Origin: Amoebophrya sp. A120
Lineage: Eukaryota; Protista; Dinoflagellata
DNA: 64,000 nt
NCBI GenBank assembly: GCA_905178155.1
Contig: CAJINV010000022.1
Span: 798,836 to 862,835 of the forward strand
Direction: 5' to 3'
Within the stretch, counting starts at the first letter, position 1, and each line of letters begins with the position of its first letter. Positions 24,501 to 39,500 of the stretch are shown here, piece by piece. The notes under the pieces were generated by a model that was not told where the DNA came from, ran no database searches, and saw only the letters and a program-made list of their open reading frames with translations. The position numbers were made by a program, and so were the translations under genes.

Positions 24501-27500
24501 CAGAATTTCTATGCCCCATGAGGTCTGAAATGCAGGATCTAGCATGACAGATTCTACTGCAAGGTCTCTATCATGCCTGTCCTGCATGAGAAACTCCCTC
24601 TCATGGTGGGCAGATGCGGGCAACTTTTGGTGATCACGCAAGACAGATTTTTGTGTGATCCACAGGACGCATCACAAGTTCCGCTCTCCCAGAGGACCCA
24701 GACGTATTTGCATTTGATAAGTGCCATCGCGTCGCCAAAGTTCTGCTGAACGCAATTCAGCCCGCGGGGATTATCCTGTGCAAAAGTATCGTACTCGTAT
24801 TGCAATCATGCATTACAAATCTTTTTCTTAAGGTGAAGCAGCATTACAAATTTTATTTCTCATGCTGGAAAAATCTGTAATGCATTTCTACGAGTACGAT
24901 GCCTTTGCAATGCATAGGGATACTGCGGGTGCTATCCTGTGTAAAAACGTCCCCACCACACACTTGTAATGCCAATCTGCATGCTGAAAATATTTCTCAT
25001 GCGGAGCCCCATGAGAAGCATTTTCTAGTTGTGTTTCGGAATCGGTCATGCTCCAATCAGCATGACATGCTAGATCTGTGATGCTGCTTCACTACTAGCT
25101 GATGCTGAACAGGATTACACTACGAGGCCAATTGTCATGCGCAACAGCCAAAGCAATTTGATTTGTCTAGCAGATTTCCCATGTTGATTATGGGGTGGGG
25201 ACCACGGTTTTCAACATGATAGGTGCCGTTGCGGGCTTATCAGAACATCGCGGACCCCTTGGTGTTGAAATTCATCGCGAAGTGTATGGGCGGAGTCGTA
25301 GAGAACGCGCACCTAGTGCCGGAAACCTGTTGGTCAACCTGCACTCTGGCGGACGTGTTTTTGAAAAGATACGCCAACCACGACATCGAATGGGGTGATT
25401 ATCAAAAGGAAAAATCCCCTCTCCCCATATCGAAAACGAAATTTGTGAAGCTGTATTTCAATACACAAATCGACTTGTAATGCTAGAAGGCCAAGCGCCG
25501 CAATTGTGGCCTCGTTTGCAGGCAATTTGTCATGCCGTTTCCCGCTTCCGGCTGCCTCCTGTCATGCTGAGGATGCAACGCTTTCCCACGCCAACCACAA
25601 CTACAGTCCGCATCTTTATTTCCCTCCTAGCATGACAAAGCTGATTTGTGGCCGCAAATCTGCATCACAGATTTCTGTTTTGATATGGGGAGGGGGGATT
25701 TTTCCTGACTATAGTGATGACGTTGTAATCCCGCAGATGTTGGCGCAGCTTCGCGAGCACCTGCGCAGCTGGTCTCACGCCCGGGAAAACGAGAAAAGGT
25801 ATGCATTGCAAATATGTCTGGGTCTGGAAACTTGTGATGCTGAGTTGCGTAGCATGAGGAGGCCAAAAGTGATGGCTCAGCATGACAAGTTTTCGAGCTT
25901 CTAGGTGTTGCCTTACTGGTGTAACGGACCCCCAAAATTACGGAGGTCGAAACTTGCAATCAAGTTGCCAAAGACTTGCGCGACCCAGCACATTCGAGGT
26001 CGTGACAGCTTCAACATGAGCTGTTCTGTGACGCACCTTTGACACCGGCCGGCTTTGCAACTAACAACAAGACGCGAAGCTGTGGCACGGTGCAACGCTT
26101 TTCGTGCCTTGACGGGCGCAATATGATTGGGCAGAGTCGCTACGTCTTAAGCTTTCTAACGGGCGCGCTCTGAGGGAGCATTTAGTTTTATTTTCTTGCT
26201 TGGCTCAGTGAGAGGAAAAAGAGGGGCGACCTTTGTTTCACTATCTTGAAGGCTGTTTCTAAGTTCTCTACTCAACAGAGACTAAAGCGCGTCTGACATC
26301 TAGGCGCCCTACGAATTCAGGCTGAATCGTAACGACAATGCGAAGGAGAACGATACTACGATGAAGCTCTGCCAAAATTAAGTAAACCGACCTTCTTCTT
26401 TTTTCACGAAAAACCGACCGGCAGAGCAGACGAACGCGACTGCGCGACTGGTTGCACGACAAGCGCGACGACTACGAGCGCCCGCACTTGTATCCCGCCC
26501 GGGGAGGCGGCGGCGACGCGTCTCATCGTACCGAAAACTGACGCACAGAGTACTCGACAACCAGGAGAAGACACCATATTTATGCGAAAACCGAAGCAGC
26601 ATATCTTTGCTGAATGTGGTAAGGAGAAAGACCGATGCCCCATGTCAGTGAGCGCCGACCACTCACCGAGCAGGCGCACAAGTGGCTCCACAGGTCCACT
26701 CTCCCGACAGCACCGAGCTGGCCAAAGAGCGCGATAGGAAAAAAGCGAGGCGGCCCCGGCGGGTGTTCACGAAAAACGCCCGTCGGCCGTTTTTGCTTGT
26801 CTAGCTTCTTCCTGCTGCGTCAGTCATGATTTTATGCCGTTGCGTGCATCTCAAGCGTATATTTGCGAAAGCGTCTATGTGCGTAATTTAGCGTATATGT
26901 GCGAAATTCATTTTCATTGGCCAAGTTGCGTTTTGGTTTCGAAGTCGGCACAACGTGCGCTGCGAGGCTTCCATATTTATTCACAGATCGTCATCCGAGT
27001 CGTCTTCGTCTTCAGTATCAGTGTCCTCCGTCACGTTTTCCATCTCGGTGACTTCCAACGCAGCTGCCCCCAGCTCCGCGTCGTCCCACCAGCGAGCAAA
27101 CTCGCAGGTAAAACCGACATAAACCACAATGTCGTATGGTGCCGTCTTCTTCTTTCCAAGCACGGCCCGTATGTTTTCGAACCGGCTGGTGTTGTCACGG
27201 AAGGCTTGGCGCCGCACTGCCTTGAGTAAGTCCCGGAACCGCTTGTCCCACAGCCCCAGGGTCGCAGCTCCGGTAGTGTCGTCTCCGCCGTTTGCGCAGC
27301 TGAATATGAACTGCAAAAGCATCGCAATAGTATGAATTGCGTCACAAATTCAAATTCATCCGCCAAGTACAAAAAAGCAATTTGTCATACTCCTTCGGGT
27401 AGAAAGTTGGGCGTGTCATGCATGATTGCAATTGCTACTAGTCGATGCTTTTGCAGTGGACACTGAAAGCTCCCCAACCGTACGCCATGTTCAACGTGCG

Positions 27501-30500
27501 TTTTGGTCCGCGCCCGAAAGAAACGCCGCACTCCTTCCTGTAGCCCAGGTTCTTCGGCAGCCTTTCCCCTTCGTCCAAGGCGTGCTCTATCGAGTTCTGC
27601 AGGATCAAGAAGAGCTTCATCCCTGAGAAGGGTCCGCATACTTTCGTGCAGGAAAGGAAGAACTCGTGTCTGCTGACCTGTCTGCGGCGTTTTCCGTCCG
27701 TCTTCTGCAGCTTCAATACGTTGGTCTCCATTTTCGCAAAGAGGTGGTCCTGCATATACTTGACGTACGCCGCGTCCGGGTCCTCGTCCTTTTTACCTTT
27801 CTTACCCCCGGCAGGCATGTAGAATTGTTCTTTTTTGCGGTATTTCTGCACGCATCCGGGTTCAGACAAAAGACGCTTTGCTGAATGCAGCATGCGCTCG
27901 GGGTCGATTGCGTCGCCGGCGTCGCTGTGGTGTGACAAAATAAATACGTGAGTGAGAGTGGATGCGGGGCAAGAAGCTGAAAAAACAACCACCGAAACCG
28001 AAGGCAAACGGCATTTGTATAGTCAGAAGAAGAAATGTGCGCAGAACAGCTGATGAGCATGATTTTCACGCATAACAACGAATAGACTGTACTAGGCTGC
28101 GGCAAATGTGAAAAGTTACTACTTACCTGCCCGCCCCGTCTGCCGCTCCACTCAGATCCTTTTCAAGATCATCCAGGAACTCGTCAGATGGGCTGCGCGC
28201 AAGAACCAGCGCTGTCCTGACGCGCGTGTTCCACTCTTCCCGCGCGGAGCTGCCCTTCGTTCCTTTTACGCAGCGGCTCACGAAGTTCATTCGTTTCGAC
28301 CAGGCGGCACCTGGGGGAGTTTATTTTGGTGAATTTCCAAACGTAAAGGTAAAGCTGCAACCGGACCCATATTCTGCCCCGACCTTGCCTCACTCACAAA
28401 GCGCGAGACTGTGCCAAAGGATTTACCAGCGCTGCTTTTCCTCCTTATACTGGCCGACGCCGAGAACAGCTTCAAAAATGCAAACTCTTGGTTTGTGGTA
28501 GTGGCCCCACAAAGGAAAGCACTGCACTAATTTCGAACGCAAGCAAACGACAAAAAAGGAGATCACCACACTCACCTTTGGCCTCTTGCTTCGCTTTTTT
28601 CCTGAGCCATGTTCGCGCGATTTGGAACTTGCACTCCATTACCCCCTTCGTTATCATCTCGGACCGGGGTGGGGGAGAACCCTTCCGCCTGTGAAAGGGG
28701 TTTGCGTACCTAATCACGGTGACAGAAACGCTCTGATCTGCCGGGGCCGGTTTGTTTGCCACTGTCTCGCCACCAAGTTCGCGAAAAAACCGGCACATTT
28801 CTTCGAGCCAGAACAGAAAAACGATCATGAACTGGGCTCTGTCTGCGGGCGCCCAGTTTTTTCCGTTCCCCGGCATCGGTAGCAGGTGGGGGGCCGCGCG
28901 CTGATTTTGAGAGAAGCCGCTGTGAACGGAGGACGTTGGTGCAACACTGCTGCGTCTACTCGCGCTAATTATTGGAAGGCGAAGGTGGTTTTATTTCTTC
29001 GCGCAGAGACAGTCGCACGCACACCCTCGGAGACGAAGGCAGGCCCATTTGGCCAGGGTTAACGGGCGAGCATGCGAAGCAACATCTTGGATGATTGGCA
29101 ACGTTTTTTAATTTGGCCGCTTCTACCTTGGACGAATGGCCTCGGTGTGATCGTTTCTTTCTATCCTTGAAGGAACTAGATCCGACTGGCGTTCAATTAT
29201 GGGTCTACTGCTGGAAAAATCGCTTGCGTCCATTCTATCTAATACTGGCCACACACACTCCCGAGCTACGTACGCGCAAAACCTGGGGAGCCAAGCAGCG
29301 ATCTCTTTGCGGCCTTGCTTTCGATTTTCTTGCGTTGGTCCTCGCTTTCGTGCGTCTGCTGATGCTTGTCACGTTCATACATAGCAGCCACCTGCCTGTC
29401 CAACGCTGAACAGAGAAAACAACGGCGGCAACCTTCGCAACGAACTGGAAGGGAGAACAACCTCTGCAGCCCTCTTCTGACTTTTTAAACATTCAAATGC
29501 AACCGCGCAAGGCGCGCGCCACCAGGGCCCAGCTTAAGAGGCGCGGAAGCCGCTCCGGCGTTGCTAGGCGGGGCTCCTGGGTGCGTGCCCGCCGGGGCGG
29601 GCGGCCACCACCGCGAGCCCAGATAGGCGCCGCCCCGCCAACGGCCAGAGCAAAAAAATGTTGGCGGCGGGCGGCGCGGGGCCGCGGCGGGGGGGGCCGA
29701 TAACATGCACCACCGGCCGCCTGGGGCCAGCGCCACAACGCGCGGCCGGGCACGCCCCCTTGGCCTGTGTGCCAAACTGCTAGCGGTGCCGGGGCACAAG
29801 CCAACTGCACACGAATGACGCGCGGACGGGTGAAGCGACACACCGGAAGGGCCGGGCCGGGGTCGCGCGCGAAGGCAGGCTGCGCAACGGGCGCAGGGAG
29901 GCCGGGGAACTAGGCGGCGGCGCCACCCGCGCCGCCAGTCTGCCCCTCGCCCTGGGCTGCGCCCGTGTTCAAGAAGGGCCTTGGGGCTATTCCGGCCCCT
30001 GCGCTCGCTGCCGGAAAGCAATGTGGATGGATGCGCGGGGCGCCCCGGCGCTGCTCCGCACCAAATAAAGCGCGCTGCGGCTTTTCCGGCAAAAAAGCCG
30101 GGCCCGCGGCGCCATCGATAAAAAAACGGGGGGCGAGCCATGCTGCGCCCGCTCCTGAGCCCACCATCAAGAGCAAGCGGGCGGCCTACCCTGCGCGCCT
30201 GTCCTCTAAAATAGCCGGTGAGGCGGGGAGCAGGGCGGGCCGCTTCCTACCTTGACAGGCACACCTGCGCGCCGAATCGAAAAAAGAAAGGTCGCGACAA
30301 ACTGCCACGAAAATCCAGCCGGCATCCCCCAACCTGCGGCGGGGCCCACCGAGGCTGGGCGGCGCTGGGAAGAAACGAGGGGGGGCACACGGCGGCGGGG
30401 CCCAGGCCTCTAAAATTGCATGGCGTGCGGGGGGTCGGCAGTTTGTTTGGCGAAGGAAAGGGGGGCAACATAGGCGAGCCAAGGAGGGCACGGAAACAGG

Positions 30501-33500
30501 AGAGCGCCGCCGGGCAAGACTGCGCGGCACACTGAGGAAAGGGTCCTGCGGGGCGCCTTTTTCTGTCCAGACCGCAGCACCGCTTCCGCTGGTTGTGGCA
30601 ATTACAACGGCGCACGAAATTACGGCAGCAGGCGCTTTGAAAAGAAAAAAAGACTAGCGCGCCCGGTAAAGAAAAAAGGCGCGCCTATCTACCTTTGCCC
30701 CAAAGCTTCGTGCCGGCGCCTGGCTAGACCAAAAATGCCGCCGGCGCCGGCTGGATCGCCTGAACTTTTCGGCAAGCCTCTTCCGCGCGCGAGCTGCGGC
30801 GCGAACTCCACATGAGCGCGGACACCGAAATAACGGGTCAGGGGAATTCCCGCGCTGGGTGCATCGAGCAACACTTTCGTCCGATGTTCGAAACAGATGA
30901 TGATGAACTTCGCAAACAGCTACTTACAACATGCCATCAGATGAAGGATCATACTTTTCACGTGCGGGCCTTAGCGTAGGAACCCTGAAGCCGGCGGCCT
31001 GCTGGGGCAGGCCTGACACACACACCAGCCACGTTTTTTTCTTTATCTTTACTTCTACCTACTACTACTTCAGCACTCTGGTGAGCTATGTATTGCTAGC
31101 CTGGACTTGCTTGCTTGCTTGCTGAAGTCCGCGACAATGGTACGCAGCACGCCGGGCCGCGCAACGCTTTTACGCGCCGCGACCTACTCGAGGCCACGAC
31201 GCAACGCTGCGGCCACAACACTGTCCACCTGCCTCGCGTCTATCTCTAACTATACTCGAAGTTGACGTTGACGAAAGCATAATACTATCGGCACCTGTCG
31301 CGCGATTTGCTCACGTGCGTCGATAGCCATGGAGCTCACTGGGGAAGGAGTTCATGCTTTGGGGCTATACATAGCGTTCTTTTTAAGGTATGCAATACTG
31401 TTTGGAGCCAACGAGAAACTTGCGACTCGGTCGGTCTTCTATTTTTTTGGTGCCATTGATTGAACTAGAACTTGAGGAAAGGAGAATAATGTAGCTAGAG
31501 ACTTGGAACGAAACGAGGACGGAAAGGCGCGAACCTCCGCGACCTCGTGCGACATCCCTTTTTACTGCTGGACACAATCGCTGTCCTTGCAGGGCTGGAG
31601 CTTCTTTTCGCTGCGCTCGGGCTCTGGTTCATCGCTGTTCTTGCCACTGCAGTTCCGCGAATACGGGCCAAAGCGGAAGGGGGCGTCGGCCAAACCCAAG
31701 CTCGCATGCTGCTTGCGCCCACGGTCGGCCAAACCCAAGCCGCGTCGGTTATTTCCACCGGGTCCAGAGCGTGGTAGACTGGGCGGACCGCTGGCACTGC
31801 TACTGCTTGTTCCGCCACCGCCAGAGGACGTTCCGGAGTTACCACCACTTGCTGGGCCGCTACCACCACCACCACCACCTCCGCCGCTGCCACTTCCCCC
31901 ACCATGTCCTCCTCCTCCTCCTGGTGCTCCGGGGCCGCCGCCACCACCTCCGGCGGCGCGCTCCCGGGCGGCCTGCGCAACCAGGTTGTCGATGCTACCT
32001 GCTAAGTTTTCGACGTTGAAGAAATGCTCAACAGCATGGCCCTGGTTCTGTTGCGGGACAAAATAACAGCACTTCTAGCGAGGTTGAAAGCAGCTTTGCG
32101 ATTCGAGTGAGAAAAGGGGCCAAGATGCATGACAAAAGGAGCAAACATAGTAGGACAATACCACTCAGCTTGAACGCGCCATCCGTCAAACCCATCAGCT
32201 CCAGGTGCTGCCCTAACACAGCGCCAACCTGTAGAATTTTCATTCTTCACGATCGTCACGATTGTCAAACGGAATCAATGCCAACAACGCATGCTGAAGA
32301 ACTGACGGTAATAGAAATAGTTTCGGAAACGCGACATATTTTCGAGAAGTTCGAAAGCGCAAAGCACGAATAATTCTAGTACGTAGTCGCGAAAAAATGG
32401 CAATAATTTCGAGAGTAGATGCGGCGCTATATTTAACGCCAAGTGCGTAGACATAATACTTTTCTGCAAAGGGAATAAATAGTACTAAGCCGATGCTGTT
32501 GCGCTCTGCCTGGCGGCTGTTCCGCTGCAGTCTGCCAACCTGGTCCTTCAGGCGAGCCAACTGCTCCTCGGCCGAGCGCTGCTGTGGCATTTTCACTGTT
32601 CGTTCTTTAGCCTTAGTTTTTACGCCCTAGTAGAGAAAACCAGCGCCGTCAGTGTGCGCTTGATTGTTGTGCTTTCCAACCTCTCTCGCTGGCTCGCAGG
32701 GTTGGGTGGCCGTTCGAAACGCTTCTAGTGCTAGCACCCACGTACCCAAAAACGAATCAGAAGTGGGTCTCTCGGTGGCTGACCTTTCTCAAACAAGAAT
32801 AGTAACAATGTGCCGCCTGGAACGAAGAAAACAACAACAACGTGCTGCCTGAGCCTTCGTCGAAACGCCGAACCAAAGAACACGACCACCAACGGGGCCG
32901 GGGGGCAAACACAATACCCACACACAGGCACTGCGGGCCTCTTCACTTCAAGGCGGGCGCCTGGACGAGCGCGCGAGCTCGGCTTTGACTTCAAGTAGCT
33001 GCTTTTCGTGCGTCACTCTTTAACTTCTAAACGTTTGCTTCGGTTCTTCTTCTTTTCGGGCAGCAAACAAATGCGTTTTGATTTTGCAGCGGCGTTCCTC
33101 TTTTTACAAATGAACGCCAGCTCTGGGTCCGGGGTAGTGACAGAGAGACATCGACTTTTACGCGAACCAATGGAACAAGAAGTGCCCAGCTACGATAAGT
33201 AGACGCAAACACGCTGGCTTTACTGCTTGTGCTTCACCTGCAGGAACTTCTCTTCACTTATTAAAAGCACTGTACGGGTAAACTTCTACTTTCAACAGAA
33301 CTAGAATTAAACTCTGCTGTCACTTACAAACGTCCGTGCTCGTTTCACTATGCTAAGAACCAAAGACCGGGAATTCGTGCTGAAACTAATACAAAGAACG
33401 CGCACACTGTTGGGGTGTGTCCGTAGAGGTTGAAGACAGGTTTCGGGTTAAGATTACGTGCTAAAAAGACATACAAACTCCGCGGCGACTGCTTGCTAGT

Positions 33501-36500
33501 TCGAGAAGTGTAGCGCAAGAAGTGATGAGAAAGATCATAGTCGGGAAAGCTACGTGCTCGCCCACAATCGTCCATGTTGCAGATAAAGGCACGGAGGCCC
33601 GAATTTGCACCAGCGACGAGCTTTATACCATTTTGATTTTCTATCTAACTTTCCACGCCGCCAGCTTTGCAAGCTACTGGAAATCCAGTTTCATTTTTTG
33701 GAAGCGACGATGCTGATCCTATTGGTGGAGAAGAAGTTGAAGCGTTTCGATTTTCCTGGAGTGCTGCGGTTTGATCGCGGTAGTTACTGCGAAGACCGAC
33801 TCCGTACCCAACTAGAGTTAACCCGCTTTGGGCTTTTTCGCGGCGTTGCCACCCGCAGCGGACCCCGTGTTGTTTCTGCGGTTGCTGGAGGAAGTGTTGT
33901 TCACGCGGCTGCTGGAAGCGGTGTTGTTCACGCGGCTGCTGGAAGAGCTGCTGGAAGCGCCCTGACCGAAGTTGACCCCCGAGGCGGTGGAAGCACTGGA
34001 GCTACTGTTTCCGCCCGCACGCACCTGATGTTCTTCTTTGGTATTCATTGAGCAAAGCATAAAGTTGGTGGCCCGCCTACACAAAGCCCAGCCGGTATTC
34101 TTGCGGCGGGCTTTCGTAAATGAGTGATGAAATTGCGCGCAGTCGGTCAGCAAGCTCTCTATTGCAAACGGATCTTTTTGAGGGTGCCCCATTACAGTCA
34201 GCGCCGCCATGCAAAGCAAACTCCGATCATATTTAAATAATACCTTTTCGCCGGGCCCGCTTCCGACCAAAGTGGTGCGGAGGTCTACCGGAGCCGAAAT
34301 CGTGGGTCGGGACACTGGCGGACCGGTGCGGATGTTGGCACCGGAGGCATTGGGGGCGTTACCTGTGTTTTATTTTGAAGAACGTTTGTAGTTGGCGTCA
34401 CTGCTACTGAGCGAATCGATCTACTGAAAGCATCGACCCACGCAAGACGTGGTGGCTAGCACGGACGGAGCATTCAAATAATGGAACGGAAGATCGAGAC
34501 GATCACGAACAAAAGCACCTCCCACAGCGGGCCCACCTTTTCCATTGCCCTTCCCGAAGGACAGGGGCTCGTCGCCGACAATGCCGCGGACGGAGACCGC
34601 GGACGCCTTCGGCTCCGCCCGGAGCGTTTCCCGCTTTGGCTTTTGCATGACCACGTGGATCAAGTCGCCCAGCGGCTTGGTGTGCACGATGTGGTAGCTG
34701 CTGAGCATCGCGGAGGCGTCGACCAATGCCTGCGCCGGCTCCATATATTCGCAGGCATCGACGCGCTGCTCGACGGCAGTAAGCTCCTGCGCGCAGTTTC
34801 GGTCCCAGTACGCTTTCAAAAATTTCACCTGAGTATAGTGCGCCGGAAATCGTCATGCTGCTGCACATGGATGCCCTTCCCAAGAATGGGGCCCACGTCA
34901 TCAGCAAATCAGCAAAAAAGTAGAAGCACTAGTATCAGCAAAAAAAGTAGTAGAACGCAATTTATCGGAAAAGCAAAAATCTTAGCACCATCGTAGTTTC
35001 CTTCAATCCAGTCACTCGGTTCTTCACCTTCATTTCAAAGTCTTCCGCTGTCACCGCGTCATTGAATTTCGCCGAGTTGAACTTGAGGATTTCCAGACGC
35101 ACTAAGTGCGGCAGCAAGTCACGCTTGTCGTGGGAGTACGCCTGCTCCACCAAGAGGGCGCTTGCGCTCAAAATCTCCAGCGACTGGGTGACACAAAAAT
35201 AATTTTGATGGGCGGAAACGAAGGCCTTCGTTCGAAAAATCCGCGAACCGTCGGCCACTGTTCGGAGGAATTCCAGGTGGTCACCGAGCCTGTTGATATA
35301 GTAAACAGGGGTCAACAGCTGGAAGTCAGTGGGCGGATAAGTTGCAAACAGGAGGAATAGTAAAGGAATCAACAAGAGCGTGCATAATATAAACGGGAAC
35401 TGGAAAAAACCAAACTAAAAAGAAGCTCGCATTATATACGCCTCAACAGCAGCCCGGTCCTGCTCTTTGGCGTCCACCAGGGCGGTGGAAAGTTTCCCTA
35501 TGCAGGCGGCGACCTTGTCCACTAGCAAAAGATAATCCTCCTCGGCTATCTGGATCAGCTTTTTCAGGTATTGCACGTTCGAAGACGCGTACTTGCTTTG
35601 GGCCTCCAGGATGCCCACGGAGAGCATGAACGCGGTGGACGAGATAGCGTTGGCACTGCATTCCCGGTCCTGTTTCAATTCAACATGAAAACGCTTCAGA
35701 GTGCTTCTCACCTAACAAAACCCACAATCGCGACAATCTACACAAATGGCAGCTACTGAACCGCGCAGAACTATCGATTTTCGACCACGAACAAAAAGTA
35801 AAACAACCCAAGGAACTATCTCACCGAGAGCGGCACCAGCGTCGTCTTGATGGTCTCTAAACCGCGGCGGGAAACGAGCGCCCCTTCTCCGGTCTGGATG
35901 GCTTCCGGAAGGTCCGCGCGCAGGTTTGCAAACAAGCTGTTGTACTGGTTCGGCTCGCTGTTGCGAAAGAACCGCCCGAGCGCGTCCGTTGCTTCCAAAG
36001 ACCCGAACAACCTCCATTTGATTTCCGGCGGCGCGGCGAGCACCTCGTTTGCAGCCACCGCCCTCCAGCGTGCCGCCACATCCGTGACCGTTCTCTCGTA
36101 GTCGAGGATATTCTGCTCCGACTCCAGGTGCTGGTTTGTGTTTCGGAACAAATATAAAAATCGAACTCAAAGAAACGGCTGGGCAGTGTGGCCCGGAATG
36201 AAATGCAAACTTGTTCGAGCAAAGATGTATTCTGGAATAGAATCACAACTGCGCGCGTGTTTGATTGTAAACTTACCGGTCTGAGCGCGAAGTACGCCGT
36301 CCACACGTCGTTCGTGGCGACCGGTGGTTCTTTCTCGTCATCCGGCTCGTACTTCATGCGGAACGCATCGGTGAACATGTGTTTCTTCAACTCCTCCGCG
36401 GAGCGGCCCAGCACACAGATTTCAAAGCGCAACCAGCGCAGCACCGGGGATAGCATCACGTAGTCCCAAGAATTCTGCAACCTGATGTACAAAAATTCGC

Positions 36501-39500
36501 GGGATATCACGGCAGCAATCTAGTGTCAGGCCGTGGCCACTGAGAGATGTGTCGTTGCTACAGCATCCGGATGGGACGCACCTACACAAGAGATCAAAAA
36601 AACCGGACGCACCTACACAAGAGATCAACAAGACCTGTCTCCAAACACAAAAAAAGTACCACTCCTTCCATGCATCCAAGTCGAGATTCTTCAAATGCCC
36701 GAGAGCGACGTCGAACAAGATGTTCCCCAGCACCTTGACGAATGCAGTGCGAAAACTATTTAAAAACGAGGGCAGCCACAGAAGCACAAGTAGAGCACGA
36801 GCCGCAAAAATACACAGCTGCAGGCACGCAGAACAAGATCCCGCGCCGTGCAGTTCCTTGCGTAATGAACTTAGAGTCTATTAGGCTGCATGCAAACGGC
36901 TGAAAGGAGAATCAACTGCCCCCGCCCCTACCTATTTCCAAACGAGTGATAACATGGCCGCGGGGAATTCGATCGGAAAAAACTTGTGCATGTTGATTCT
37001 GTCCTGGACGGGAATCCCATTCTGTTCCTCCACCGTTGGCAGCTGGCCGACGAACCACGCGTAGAATTCGTTCTGCTGGTAGTCGGCACCCGGCAGCGGC
37101 ACGGTGATGAGCTTATTCTTCACTTCGTTGTACACGCCCTCGATATCCTTCCAAACGTCCGTTTTGAAAGGGGGCACGGCCCGCTCAATCAAGGCCCGGG
37201 CCCGTTCCTGTACGTGGTTTTTGTTGTTCAAGGGGATAGCCTAAAACTATTCCGCGTGGGTGGCCCCTGCGTCAAGGTTTAGAAGAAATCAAACGCGCGG
37301 AACCATGATTCAAGGCGGAAGACCACGCAGAACGCCACGGGCTGTTTGCCAAACCTGTTACGGAGTGCTAGCGCGCTCCCGCGGCCGATCTGCATCCCAG
37401 CAAACAAAGAAGTGGCGGGCGGGCGGGGCTGAGGCTGTCGGCGCAGACAACAAAATGAAAAATATAAAGCCGTGCTGCCTGCCGCCAGAAGCAGATAGGC
37501 CAGGCCGCGACCCCATCATGCCTGGTTGGTGTTATCGGGATCGGCCTGCAAGCGCGGAACCCCCACCGCCTTCGCCCAATCCATGCCCCCGCAAAGGCCG
37601 AGTCAATGCCCCCACCCGCCTAACATGGCTCCGCCCCTCGGGTGCCCAAAGTGCGGCGGCCTTGCGAAGACCTAAGAAAACCGGCGGGGGGGACAGAGGC
37701 TTGCTAGCTTCGTCCGTGCGGGGGCGCCGCGCGCCAATGCGCCAACACAGCAGCCCCCCGCGGCTCTGGCCCCACCGTATGCTAAACGTCCGCCAGCCCG
37801 GGCGACAAGGCGGGCAGACGCGTCCCACGAAGCGCGGGCGCAATTCCGCGGGCGCAGTTTGCACACATTGCGCCGGCCCCGGCCAAGGCGGGCGGGCGCA
37901 ACAGGGAGCCGGCCAACATTCACAAAACAGAATCACGCGGGCCGCCGAGCGAAACATCCTTCCGGCTGGGGGCGCGCGGCCGAGGAAGCGGGCCGCGGCC
38001 CACCGGCTCGCTGTGCAAACCTGAACGCGCGTCGCAACACGTGGCCCCTGCCGGGCCACTGGCCCTCCGTACTGTGGTCGGACGGGTCTTCTTCGTGTTG
38101 TTTTTCAAGTTTCATACTATTCCGTTTGAAATCAGAACACGGTCTGAATTTGGACAATTGACCGTTCCAACCAAAGCGGCCTCCTCATCAGATTTAGACC
38201 GGGCGCCGATTATTTTGAAAGAGTGCGCCCTCTGCCGGTCGCTTGCGATTGTATGCGCCAAAAAAACAAGCCAGGCGCCCCTGATCAGCTGCCACGAAGC
38301 CGGCCCCGCGCGGTCGGAGCCGACAAAGCCACCGGAACCGGTCGGTGAGAAAACCCGGCGGCGGGCCCCACGGAGCGAGAGCGCGCGCCCAGCCAGGCGG
38401 CGAAGCCTTCCACCGGTGGCAACGCTGCTCACGGAAGGACTGAGGCGCGTGCGAGGCGTTTCGCCGGCCGGCAAGGCGGGCGCGGCCCTTGTAAGAATAC
38501 CGCGACCGCACCCGCTTGCGCAGATCGATTGCGCTCCTGGGTGCCTGACGCAGCCGACGGGGCCCGTCGACTTCACTCAGAATCCAGCCATCCTGCAAAC
38601 GACGCCGTGGCGCGTGCTGGCCCGGGGCGATCACAACACGCCACCCCCTCCCGCTCTCGCCGCTCAGGCCAACAAAATTTCGTCCCTGCGCAAATGCGCG
38701 AACGGAGGCTGCACTGTTTTCGCCGCTCCCCTGCCCGAAACCGAAACTGCGCCTGCTGGCCTACTAAATAGGGCCGCAGAGGCAAACTCTCAAGGAGATC
38801 ACGCCGACCCTGCGGGGCCGGGCTGAGCCTGCCAGCCATACAACCGGGGCGGCCGAAATTCCGCCGCGCACCTTTCCCGCCCAGCCGGGCCGCGGCGCCA
38901 GGTTGGCCCGCACAGGCTGCAAAGCGCGGCCGCGCGCATGCTTTCGGGCTGCGGTAGCAGCAGCAGGCCGCCGCCTGCATCTGTCAGCTAGTTCCGCCCC
39001 CAGGCGCTGCCTTTTCCGATCTCGAACGCGCTTTGCATTCTGAACGCGCCTGCTCCCGCGAGCGCAGCCGCGGAACAAGTCCGCGACAAAGCCTTTGCAT
39101 TTCCTACCTGAACACACAGCCACTCATTCACGTAGATGCCCTTCAACAAAAACGCCAGGTTGTCGTGATTATTTAAACCACGCCACAAGGAATCGATCTG
39201 GTGCGGCTTGCATATGGCGGCGGTTTGGGCTGGAGTATTTTTTTTTTCTGATTGCCATGGAGATCGCAGAAAACGTCTATTTTGCTCATTGTCATGCACA
39301 TCAAAGTGCGCGGCATGATCGTCATGCAGATCCAGCAGTGCTATTGCTCGTGGTCTGACTGGCAGAAAAGTATTGCTCTCCTTTGCGCGGCTGCTTCGCC
39401 GGCATGTGGGGAGAACTTACCGTGCTGGTATTTGCAAAAGCGGCGGACATCGATGGCCTCTTGCGACTCACCATCGGTTCGCCGCGCTGTTTCCACCAGT

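Noticed and set aside
31503-32066. Formin-like poly-proline ORF on the plus strand
   Set aside because: It is the antisense shadow of a Gly/Ser-rich minus-strand exon that fits the neighbouring gene chain; no FH2 domain follows.
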